64,000 nt of DNA from positions 1 to 64,000 of IMG/VR virus record IMGVR_UViG_3300032323_003671. One strand, 5' to 3'. Source of the stretch: a virus. Both the position numbers and the translations under genes were made by a program. Under the pieces are notes generated by a model. That model ran no database searches. It worked only from the letters and a program-made list of their open reading frames with translations, and had not been told where the DNA came from. Of the stretch, positions 18,242 through 27,541 are shown piece by piece. Each line of letters opens with the position of its first letter. The first letter of the stretch is position 1.

Positions 18242-18924
18242 GCTACTTTCAAATCGTTTACTGCGATATCTAATGATCCATTTTTGCCAAGCATCTTTTT
18301 AATGTAACCAGCAGTGATTGCTGGTACTGAAGTAACAACTTGTGCAGTATCTTTATTTGCTATTCCAGTGTTATTGAATCCTTTCAAGCCCCAATTGTAA
18401 AGGGCAATGATTCTATCCATACGGATAGCACCATTCGTAGTACCCCAAGGCTTATCCATATACTGTCCTAAAATGATAGAACCAATCAAAATGTTTAATT
18501 CGGGATTCATTTGATCCTGCATAGTCAACTTTCTTGTATTACCTTTTGCATCAAAAGTTATTCCGAAAGATTTTAGCTTTTGTTTTTCAAATTCTGATAG
18601 ACGACCTTGATTAAATTCTTTTGTCAAGGTAAAGTCAGGATTTCCTGTTCCTGCAACAAATTGTCTATTCCATTGCATTAAGCCAGTAGTTGGAGAATTA
18701 TTTTGTGATCCTGCAGTTGGATTACCATTTGATTCAACCATAGTGAATGCCAAAAGAACAGCAGGTGGGATTCTAGAACTTTCGCCATATTGTTTAAAGA
18801 ATGTACCATACTTAGACCATACATCTTTCATTTGTTTTGCTAGAGCTTCACGACTTGAATACCAATTACTAGGACTTACTAGATTTGGATTTTTTTGAGG
18901 AACGGATAGTGTATAAGTAGCCAT
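18238..18924 (-). CDS. SLT-family lytic transglycosylase
   Basis: VESNGNP, GLMQ, NPELNILIG, ALYNWG. Confidence 0.88.
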   Translation of the reverse strand: MATYTLSVPQKNPNLVSPSNWYSSREALAKQMKDVWSKYGTFFKQYGESSRIPPAVLLAFTMVESNGNPTAGSQNNSPTTGLMQWNRQFVAGTGNPDFTLTKEFNQGRLSEFEKQKLKSFGITFDAKGNTRKLTMQDQMNPELNILIGSIILGQYMDKPWGTTNGAIRMDRIIALYNWGLKGFNNTGIANKDTAQVVTSVPAITAGYIKKMLGKNGSLDIAVNDLKVA

Positions 18925-18929
18925 AGTTC

Positions 18930-19067
18930 TTAGTTAAATACGATTTTACGATTATTCTTTTTTTCGTCTTGTGTTTTCAGAGGACGAACTACAAAATAGT
19001 AATAGCCAGTACCTGCTAATAAAACGACTGCACCTAGCCCTAATATGAGTTTAAAATTTGATTTCAT
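18930..19067 (-). CDS. small membrane protein (45 aa)
   Basis: MKSNFKLILGLGAVVLLAGTGYYYF...NNRKIVFN; follows TACATTTG promoter at 19094-19087. Confidence 0.7.
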   Translation of the reverse strand: MKSNFKLILGLGAVVLLAGTGYYYFVVRPLKTQDEKKNNRKIVFN

Positions 19068-19193
19068 TTCTTTGGTTTTTGTTAAACAAATGTAATTATT
19101 TTATTCTTTATTGAATGAATAACTATTTATATATCAGTTTTTTTACTATAAAATAGGGATTTTTTGATTAAAATTGTACATTAATTTAAAGGT

Positions 19194-22100
19194 TTGAAAA
19201 AGATAAAAAAAACTAGCGATGCCAAGGATGGAGGACTATTTGTTGGCAAATCACATGACGATGGTGGGATTCCTGCTATAGTTGTAGATACTGGACAACC
19301 TATTGAGGTTGAAGGTGGTGAAGCTATTATTAATAAAAAGGCCACAGCCAAACACTGGAAAGAATTATCAAAAATCAATCAAAGTACTGGTGGCGTTCCA
19401 ATTCCTCCTCCTGATCGAGCAGATGAACTTATGGACAAGTTTGAAAAGGGAGGAAAGTTAACTCAATTGGAGAAAAAAACTATTCACAACAAGTGGAAAA
19501 ACTTGGTGAATATGACATACACTGAATTGAGAAAGTATTATGATTCCAAAGATGGCAAAACTAGTGGCTTAACTCAAAAAGAAGCTGATGATTTAGGTAT
19601 TGATTCAGGTCGTGAAAGTGCTGTATGGATCATGAAAATGAAACGCACAAACTACAAGGATTGGACACCTGAAATGTGGCGTTGGGCTAAAAAACAAATA
19701 AGTTTTATATCTCGAATGAGAGGTAACCAAGGCGAGTTAATGGAAAATGGCAGAAGAACTCCAAAATTAAAATCATTATTGATTTGGGGTCATAATCCTT
19801 ACAAATATGCAGGAGGCGGAGACATTCCAGCTGAAGCAAAGTATCCAGTTGATGCAAATTCTCTTCAAGTAATGCTTAAATATGCATCAAAAGAAGATGC
19901 ACCTGCTATTCAGGAACAAATAGCCAAACTTAAACAAGAACATAAAGAAAAGTACCAAAAGAATCGGAAAAAATATAAAGGAGGTGGTAAACCATCGGAT
20001 ATTGCCTCTGCAATACTTGGATTGAAAGCACTTTTGAAATATCCAGAATTACTAGAAAAATTTGATAAGGAAAATATAGAATACACTATCAAAGGATTAG
20101 AAATTCTTGATAAAATGCATCCTTCTGAAATTGATCCTAACGATACAAGTAGTGGAGTGAAATTTATTCCATACAAGGATTACGAAATAATGTATGATCC
20201 ATATACTAAAAACTACTATGCTAACGATGCTGAATTTGATTCTTTAGAAGATGCAAAAGCATTTTTAGATTCAGGTAAAATTTCTGATTCAATTAGAGGT
20301 GCAATGCATTATGAAGTGTATGGATATTCAAAAGGTGGGTCAGTAAATAATCAAACACTTTTAGCACCAAATGGTAAACCAACTAAATTAACTCCAGAAC
20401 AATACAAATTAGTTCGTACACCAGAATTCAAAGCCTGGTTTGGAGATTGGGAAAATGATCCTGAAAGCGCAAGTAAGGTAGTTGATAGTAATGGTGAGCC
20501 TAAAATATATTATCAAGGCGTACCATATTATCTATATCCTAATGGAAAATTTATTTACGAAAAAGATAATAATGGAATATTTTTTACATCTGATAAAAGA
20601 ATCGCTTTAACATATGGGGTAGTAAAAGAAGTATTCATCAATTGCAGAAATCCAAAAGATATCAGAAATTATTTTGGATTCGATGGTAAAAAAATACCGA
20701 ATAGTGTCAGAAATGATAGAAACTATGATTTTAAATCGGAAGAAGAAATCCAATATGCCAATTCAGATAAAGAAGTCATTAAATTTTATAAGGAAGTTAT
20801 CAATAAGTATGGTAAACCCATTGAAATAACTGTTGATTCTACTGGTGAAAAATTCAAATTTAAGAGTGTAGAAGAAATAAAAAAATTCTTAATTCCAACT
20901 TCAGAAAAAGGATTTTCATTTTTGAATTTTACACGTAGAAGTCTTTTTTGGAATTGGATAGCAGAATATATTAAAAATTCTGAATACGATGGGATATTTG
21001 CAACTGATGAAGATCGTCTTTCTGAAGAAATATCAGATAGTGTAGTTGTTTATAATTCTAATCAAATAAAACTTGCAGATGGAACGAATACTACTTTTGA
21101 TTCTGAAAATCCTGATATTCGATTTGAAGATGGAGGATCAGTAAATAATCAACCACTTTTAGCACCAAATGGTAAACCAAGTAATCTATCGCCAGAACAA
21201 TACAAATTAGTTCGCACACTAGAATTCAAAGCATGGTTTGGCGATTGGGAAAAATTGATTCAAGTCAAAATGAATGATTCTGCTATAGATGAAATTTCTC
21301 TGAAAAAAATATCAGATACAGTAAGTAAGGTCGTGGATTCAAATGGCGAACCTATGGTGGTTTATCACACAACTGACAAAGAATTTTTTATTTTCGATAA
21401 AAAAAAATCAAAAGAAGGATTCTTTTTCTCACCTCAAAAAGAAAGACTTTCAGTATATAATAAATCAAAAATAGGTCAGTATTTTTTAAATGTAAAAAAT
21501 CCTTCTCACGAATTGTTTAAATCAGATGTGAATTATATTTTATCGAAAGGATACGATGGAATTATGGATTATGGCCATGCAAGAAAAATAAATGAATCCT
21601 TGTATGAAATAATTGTTTTCGAACCTAATCAAATAAAACTTGCAGATGGAACGAATACTACTTTTGATTCTGAAAATCCTGATATTCGATTTGAAGATGG
21701 TGGCAAGACTGATTTAACATACAAAGAAAAATACAACAAGAAATATGGGTATGATTTGGATAAGTCTCACAGTCTTGAAGAAATAGCATCAAAAACAGGT
21801 ATTTCACTTGAAGGGCTTCAAGAAATTTTCAATAAAGGTGTGGGTGCTTATAGAACAAATCCTGAAAGCGTTAGACCAAATGTAAAATCTCCAGAACAAT
21901 GGGGAATGGCTAGAGTTTATAGCGCAGTCATGGGCGGTAAAACAGCAAAGATAGATTCAAAAGAACTTAAAATGGAAGGCGGAGGCAAAACCGATTCAGA
22001 AATGAATATAGAAAGATACGTTGTCAAACCTAGAGTAAAATTTGGGATGGTATTTGGGTATGTTGTTTACGATAATTTAGAAAAAAAGAATTTGCCTTAT

Positions 22101-22607
22101 GATTATGATGAAGATGAACAATGGAAAGCTCAATCAAAAGCAGATTTACAAAACGAATTGGAGAAAAATCGTTTAAATAAAATGGAAGAAGGTGGCGTAA
22201 CAGATAAAAAAGATACAGTAACCTTAGATATTCCATTACTCATAAGATTATTAGAATTATCAAGAGAAGACATTCAATCAGATGCTGACTTACACAAGGT
22301 TGTAGAAAATATGCTCGATTTAAAAAATAAGGAGGTCTTAACAATGGAGGATTATGATAAAATTTCTCAAATCGCAAAAGAAAAATTAATTTCCCAAGCG
22401 CATTATAATTTGACAAGAAAACAAGGCCGACCTGAATACGCACCGAATTCACGTGAAATTGAAGCAGAGATTGAAAGAATGATAAATACAGAAAAATCAA
22501 AATTTGCCGATGGTGGAATACTAGAATCTGATACAATGGTAGTTCTACAATCACCAACTGAAATGTTGGATGAAATCAACTTTAATGCACAATTTAAACC
22601 AGAATAA
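19194..22607 (+). CDS. modular polyvalent protein (DUF3140-like, two ART-PolyVal-like, DUF5824-like modules)
   Basis: VNMT..EL...SLLIWGHNP; two copies of RT.EFKAWFGDWE...KVVDSNGEP...NQIK; TGISL...GVGAY...EQWGMARV; modules separated by [FYM]xxGG. Confidence 0.75.
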   Translation: MKKIKKTSDAKDGGLFVGKSHDDGGIPAIVVDTGQPIEVEGGEAIINKKATAKHWKELSKINQSTGGVPIPPPDRADELMDKFEKGGKLTQLEKKTIHNKWKNLVNMTYTELRKYYDSKDGKTSGLTQKEADDLGIDSGRESAVWIMKMKRTNYKDWTPEMWRWAKKQISFISRMRGNQGELMENGRRTPKLKSLLIWGHNPYKYAGGGDIPAEAKYPVDANSLQVMLKYASKEDAPAIQEQIAKLKQEHKEKYQKNRKKYKGGGKPSDIASAILGLKALLKYPELLEKFDKENIEYTIKGLEILDKMHPSEIDPNDTSSGVKFIPYKDYEIMYDPYTKNYYANDAEFDSLEDAKAFLDSGKISDSIRGAMHYEVYGYSKGGSVNNQTLLAPNGKPTKLTPEQYKLVRTPEFKAWFGDWENDPESASKVVDSNGEPKIYYQGVPYYLYPNGKFIYEKDNNGIFFTSDKRIALTYGVVKEVFINCRNPKDIRNYFGFDGKKIPNSVRNDRNYDFKSEEEIQYANSDKEVIKFYKEVINKYGKPIEITVDSTGEKFKFKSVEEIKKFLIPTSEKGFSFLNFTRRSLFWNWIAEYIKNSEYDGIFATDEDRLSEEISDSVVVYNSNQIKLADGTNTTFDSENPDIRFEDGGSVNNQPLLAPNGKPSNLSPEQYKLVRTLEFKAWFGDWEKLIQVKMNDSAIDEISLKKISDTVSKVVDSNGEPMVVYHTTDKEFFIFDKKKSKEGFFFSPQKERLSVYNKSKIGQYFLNVKNPSHELFKSDVNYILSKGYDGIMDYGHARKINESLYEIIVFEPNQIKLADGTNTTFDSENPDIRFEDGGKTDLTYKEKYNKKYGYDLDKSHSLEEIASKTGISLEGLQEIFNKGVGAYRTNPESVRPNVKSPEQWGMARVYSAVMGGKTAKIDSKELKMEGGGKTDSEMNIERYVVKPRVKFGMVFGYVVYDNLEKKNLPYDYDEDEQWKAQSKADLQNELEKNRLNKMEEGGVTDKKDTVTLDIPLLIRLLELSREDIQSDADLHKVVENMLDLKNKEVLTMEDYDKISQIAKEKLISQAHYNLTRKQGRPEYAPNSREIEAEIERMINTEKSKFADGGILESDTMVVLQSPTEMLDEINFNAQFKPE
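21058..21700 (+). repeat. 76-bp identical direct repeat (21058-21133 = 21625-21700) in the duplicated ART-like module
   Basis: CTAATCAAATAAAACTTGCAGATGG...GATTTGAAGATGG occurs twice; module 5' ends (~20340 and ~21138) are also near-identical. Confidence 0.9.
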
Positions 22608-22610
22608 TAA

Positions 22611-25600
22611 ATGGAAGCCCAAGATATTCAAAAACAGGTAGAAGAAAGATTAAAAGCTCAACAAGAAGGCAAGGAATTCAAAGACATTGGTAAGGTTGCA
22701 TATACTAAAAAAGAAATGGCAGCCTACAGATTAATATCATCAAAAATGCTTGTGGATTTAGAAGTAGATCCTACAATAGCATTTAACATGGTCAAAAAAG
22801 AAAATGTTTGGCCTGCATATAATGTTCAAGAATTAAAAGAAAAAGGTGTTTCTAGTGGTGCTGCATTTATGATGGTTAAATTAAGGACATCAGTTCCTAA
22901 TAAACCTGAAAACTCTCCAAATAAGAGATCAAGTTATGTTCATTTTTTAGAATTACTTCAATCAGATTTACAAAAGTGTATGACTTACTCTGATGTTTAC
23001 AATTTGGCTCAAGAGTATCAAAAAATGCCATTGGATAAATTGATTGAATACTTTATCGATCCATCTATTTTCCAGATGGATGAAGAAAATAGAATACTTG
23101 TTTTAGAAAAAGCCAAAAATAATCCTTCTATTCAGAAATTTACAAGTCGAGGATCTATATATAATTTATTTAAAGAAGTATTTGCAACAACATTTGCAAA
23201 TCTCATTTTTAACAAGACAGATGCAACTAATGCAGTATGGTATCAAGCTAGAGAATTTGCAGCACTTTCAGAAGAAGATTCTAAAACGCTTATTGACAAA
23301 CAAATTGAATCGACAAAAAAGCAAGTAGAAGAAAATAATGCTGAAATTGAAAAAATCAAATCTGCATCATTTTCAGAACTAAAAAAAATAGCTGAAAAAT
23401 ATTACAGATTAAGTTCAGCAGCTAAAAAAATATACTATAGTGATCAACCTAAGTTGATGGAATTTCTATTAGAAACCTTTCAAAGGAAAAATCAAAGGAG
23501 GGAGCTTGAACTTGCGGCATACAAACAAAAATATTCTCCAAGGTTAGAGGATTGGAGTTGGTTTGAAAAACCTAAAACTGAATCAGATACTCCAACAAAA
23601 AAGAGAGAGAAATCTATTAATACCAAAGAACCTTTATCTTATATAAAAAGAATAGGTGGATATAAAATAAACACTGTCAAGGCACAAGAAATTATTGATT
23701 TATTTGGTTTTTCAGCTGTCAATTATGGAAAATATGTTGATGATGCCTGGTCGAAGCAACACACTAAACATTTTTTAGGTGCAATTTCAGATTTAGGTGA
23801 TGTTTTAAACATTGATATTAAAAAAGTAAATGAGATAGGTGGATTGTCTATTGCTTTTGGTGCGAAAGGTATTGCTGGACACATGGCAACATATTTTTCT
23901 CAAAGTCATGATATAAATCTTACTAGAGGAAATGGAGATGGTTCAGTTGCTCATGAATGGGGACATTATTTTGATAACATACTTTGTGATTTATCTGAAA
24001 AGAAAGCAGAACCAAAATTTGCATCAGCATCAAAAGCTGATAACGCAAGTATATCTGATATAGTTTCAAAAATAATGAACTTTATTTATAAAGGAGATCC
24101 AGAATATACCCCTAGAATTCCAATGACTTTTTATGCCAAAAAGTCTAGTTCTGTACCTTCGTATTATAGTTATAAATATGGCAATCAGTCTATAAAAATT
24201 TTAGATACTATTGAAGAAACGTTAGATCAGTATTTAGATTTAGCAGAAGTAAATAGAGATAGATATAATACTCAGTTAAGAGTTTTTGGATATATCATCG
24301 ATGCCTTCGGTTTGGATAAATATTTGATTCCTATGAAATTGACTACAAGTTATCACTTTCATAAATCTGCTTATTTTTCTTTCGTTTATTCAGGCACAAA
24401 AGAAAATGGTCAGCCTGCAATAATTACTGGTACAAGATCAGCCTATTGGACAAAAAATGTTGAGTTGTTTGCAAGAGCTTGGGAAACAGTAATTCTTAAA
24501 AAATTACTAGACAAAAATAGAGTTAGCAACTATTTAGTTGCTGATATTAATATGCAAGATGTCATTGATGAAAATTGGTTTCAACCTTATCCACAAGGAA
24601 AAGAACTTGAATATCTTGAAACTTTAATTGATGAACTAATAGATGCATTCAAATTAGTTTATTCGGTGGGAGATTTCAATCCACCAAGTAGTATCAGAGA
24701 GGATGAATATTTAGATTTATCTCCGAATACAGATGAAGGTAAAACTGAATCAGGAATGGTAATTGATAAATCAACCGAAACAAAAACAACAACTTTTATT
24801 GAAAACGATAAGGTAGTTGAACAAATTAAAAAACCAAGAAAACCTAGAACAAAGAAAACCGAAGCTGTCTCTCCAGAACCAAGTGTGGCAGCAATTGAAG
24901 AAAATTCTCTAGAATTACAAGAAGATGAAGAACCAAAAGTAGAAGAAATGCAAGAACAAGTAAAAAATGAATCGATTGACGATTCTCAGATAAATGTTTC
25001 TCTTTATGCAAATAATTGGAATCAAGTTCCTATTCGATGGAAAAATGTCAAAGGTATTCGTCCAATAGTAGTCAGTTTAAATCCATTTGATAAAAACCTA
25101 TTAAGTCTTGCAAAAATTATTGTCAATACAAACATTAATTTCACCCCAAAACCAATTTTTAGTGCAATGTCTTTTGATAGCTCTGGAGTAACTTTTACAG
25201 ATGCAAAGAAATTAGTTCATATCGCAGGTGAAAACATAGATTACACAGGAAACTATCCTACTTCTGAAACATCAAAATTTTTTCCAGGTTCAATTGAAAA
25301 ACAAACCAAAGAATTGAATGCTATTCAATATCCGAATTGGAGATCGATAGTACCTAAAGAAAGCAAAGTAGAAAAAATAGAGATTGATAAACTTTATCAG
25401 TATGTTGTAGTTGCACTAAACTATGCAAACAAAATAAATCATACCATTGGATTTAAGTTTAGCAATTCAGATTTTATTGGATTTGATGGTGAGTTTCTAA
25501 AAGACATTTTAGAAGTACTTATGAAACTGCAACATACCAAAGATATCTATGTTCATTGGGCAAGTTCAAGTAGAGCTGTTTTATTTAGTTATGAAAAATC

Positions 25601-27032
25601 AATTGACATTGAAAAATCAACTTATGCGTTATTAATGCCGATGATGTTGCATGATGGTATTAATCAATTAGGTGCATCAGATATTGATTACAAAAAAGAT
25701 TTGAATTGTTATTTTGATTTTTCTGATAATCAAATTTATAATGCCGATGGATCAGTAGCAGACTACAAAGAAAACTATGGAGATGCACCAGGAATGTCTT
25801 TGAATTTAATTTCAATGTTCGCTTCTTTCTTAAAATCAAGTAAATCAAAAAAAGACGCATATTTTTATAGCTACATAAGAGTAGATAACGATAGTATATT
25901 GGTTTCTGATAAGAATACAAGACTTGAAATTCCAAATGATTATGATTTAATAACAGGTCTTTATACTATTGAGAACAATGTTTTAATTCGTGATATTTCT
26001 GCAGATATAGATAACTATTCACTCGAAAAGAGAATAGCTACAAAAGATCCGATATTTGTTGCTAACACAGAGCAATTGCTTTTTTATATGAACAAAATGT
26101 CAAATCACCTATCTGATGATGATGATTTCAGACCTAAATTATCTGGATATATTTTTGAGAAAAAAGATAATCAAGTAAATGCAGTATCTACAGATGCTCA
26201 TACTTTGATCAAACTTGATATCACAAATGCAATTGAATCTTCAATCGATGAATTCAATGTAATTCTTGGGAATGCCACAACATTAATGAATGTTTCAAAA
26301 TCTTGGGATTCAAAAAAAGTTGCGGTTTACATTGATAGTAAGGAAGAAAAATATCGTATCGTTTCAGATAGAATTCATTTTGAAGGTAAATTATATGACA
26401 AAGGCGTTACAAATTGGCGAGCAGTAACTCCAAACATTGTAAATAATCAATTGAAATTTAATGTTAAAGATTTATTCTCTTGTTTGACTAATCCCGAACT
26501 TAAAAAGTATGCCGATAAATTCGGATCAAAAGTAAAAGACCTAGCTTTGTATAACAACTTTAATGAAGTTTATGCGATTTATGATGCAAAAAACAATAAT
26601 GAAAGTATCAAAGTTTGTGATTTAAAATTAAATCATACTGAAATAAACGAGTTGTTTAATATCAATGAATCTTATGTTTTAATAATGCCTGTTGTATTTA
26701 CGAATGGAAATTATTTCAATTTAGGAATAGGCAAACTTGAAGATGTAATGAATTCTATTGGTAAAGAAGAATGTACAGTAGTATATAAGGAATTAAATAG
26801 TGGCTATGTCTTCACTTCTGAAAATCTTTATTACAAAAACTCGGATGTTTACAAACCTGAGAAACCTAAAAAAGTTCAAAAACCAGTTGTCAAACCATCT
26901 GAACCTACTAATCAAAAGCAAGAAATATTAGATGCTTTAACTGGTGCGAAAACACTACTAAAATACGTATCAGGAGAGGATAAATCAAATCTTTCGGCTT
27001 ATATTAGAGGACTTGAAATCCTAATGAAATAA
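22611..27032 (+). CDS. large polyvalent protein: zincin/LPD1-like region plus beta-clamp-like repeats
   Basis: AHEWGHYFD and ELFARAWE; C-half YPNWRSIVP, IGFDGEFLKDIL, LLMPM, DDFRPKLSG...VSTDAHTL. Confidence 0.7.
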   Translation: MEAQDIQKQVEERLKAQQEGKEFKDIGKVAYTKKEMAAYRLISSKMLVDLEVDPTIAFNMVKKENVWPAYNVQELKEKGVSSGAAFMMVKLRTSVPNKPENSPNKRSSYVHFLELLQSDLQKCMTYSDVYNLAQEYQKMPLDKLIEYFIDPSIFQMDEENRILVLEKAKNNPSIQKFTSRGSIYNLFKEVFATTFANLIFNKTDATNAVWYQAREFAALSEEDSKTLIDKQIESTKKQVEENNAEIEKIKSASFSELKKIAEKYYRLSSAAKKIYYSDQPKLMEFLLETFQRKNQRRELELAAYKQKYSPRLEDWSWFEKPKTESDTPTKKREKSINTKEPLSYIKRIGGYKINTVKAQEIIDLFGFSAVNYGKYVDDAWSKQHTKHFLGAISDLGDVLNIDIKKVNEIGGLSIAFGAKGIAGHMATYFSQSHDINLTRGNGDGSVAHEWGHYFDNILCDLSEKKAEPKFASASKADNASISDIVSKIMNFIYKGDPEYTPRIPMTFYAKKSSSVPSYYSYKYGNQSIKILDTIEETLDQYLDLAEVNRDRYNTQLRVFGYIIDAFGLDKYLIPMKLTTSYHFHKSAYFSFVYSGTKENGQPAIITGTRSAYWTKNVELFARAWETVILKKLLDKNRVSNYLVADINMQDVIDENWFQPYPQGKELEYLETLIDELIDAFKLVYSVGDFNPPSSIREDEYLDLSPNTDEGKTESGMVIDKSTETKTTTFIENDKVVEQIKKPRKPRTKKTEAVSPEPSVAAIEENSLELQEDEEPKVEEMQEQVKNESIDDSQINVSLYANNWNQVPIRWKNVKGIRPIVVSLNPFDKNLLSLAKIIVNTNINFTPKPIFSAMSFDSSGVTFTDAKKLVHIAGENIDYTGNYPTSETSKFFPGSIEKQTKELNAIQYPNWRSIVPKESKVEKIEIDKLYQYVVVALNYANKINHTIGFKFSNSDFIGFDGEFLKDILEVLMKLQHTKDIYVHWASSSRAVLFSYEKSIDIEKSTYALLMPMMLHDGINQLGASDIDYKKDLNCYFDFSDNQIYNADGSVADYKENYGDAPGMSLNLISMFASFLKSSKSKKDAYFYSYIRVDNDSILVSDKNTRLEIPNDYDLITGLYTIENNVLIRDISADIDNYSLEKRIATKDPIFVANTEQLLFYMNKMSNHLSDDDDFRPKLSGYIFEKKDNQVNAVSTDAHTLIKLDITNAIESSIDEFNVILGNATTLMNVSKSWDSKKVAVYIDSKEEKYRIVSDRIHFEGKLYDKGVTNWRAVTPNIVNNQLKFNVKDLFSCLTNPELKKYADKFGSKVKDLALYNNFNEVYAIYDAKNNNESIKVCDLKLNHTEINELFNINESYVLIMPVVFTNGNYFNLGIGKLEDVMNSIGKEECTVVYKELNSGYVFTSENLYYKNSDVYKPEKPKKVQKPVVKPSEPTNQKQEILDALTGAKTLLKYVSGEDKSNLSAYIRGLEILMK

Positions 27033-27059
27033 ATAATAACTTTGTTAAAATCTTTTAAA

Positions 27060-27524
27060 ATGAATATTGCAGAAATCAAATCAGACATTCGAGATCTTGA
27101 AGCAGCTATAAAATCTCCTCAAACTCCAGATAACTTTAAAGAAAAAATGAAAGCGCAAGTTGAAGTTCTTAAAGTTAAACTTGAAGAGGCCGAATCCAAA
27201 GCCAAAGAACCAGCACCTGCTGAACCAAAAATTGAGCCGAAAAAAAAAGGTGTTCCATTACCTAAAGATCAACAACAAAAAGTTGAATACGATTGTGATG
27301 AACTAATTGCTCAGGCAAAGGCTAGACGTAAAGCAGCTAAAGAGCGTTCAAAAGCTCCTAAAAAAACCGAAGCGACAAAGAACAAAGAAAAAATCGAAAC
27401 AGTATTTGATAATGTGAAAAAACGTGCAGACGAAAAAGACATTTCAAAAGCAGAAATTGAAAAGCTAATTTCTGAGACAAAAACATTATTAAAATTATTA
27501 GAGACTAAATTATCATCTCTTTAA
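27060..27524 (+). CDS. K/E-rich coiled-coil protein
   Basis: Likely start ATG 27060. Confidence 0.7.
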   Translation: MNIAEIKSDIRDLEAAIKSPQTPDNFKEKMKAQVEVLKVKLEEAESKAKEPAPAEPKIEPKKKGVPLPKDQQQKVEYDCDELIAQAKARRKAAKERSKAPKKTEATKNKEKIETVFDNVKKRADEKDISKAEIEKLISETKTLLKLLETKLSSL

Positions 27525-27541
27525 AATCAAAAGTTCTTATC

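Noticed and set aside
22611-27032. Tape-measure or virion RNA polymerase call for the largest ORF
   Set aside because: No tape-measure periodicity or DxDxD polymerase motif recognised; motifs fit a polyvalent protein
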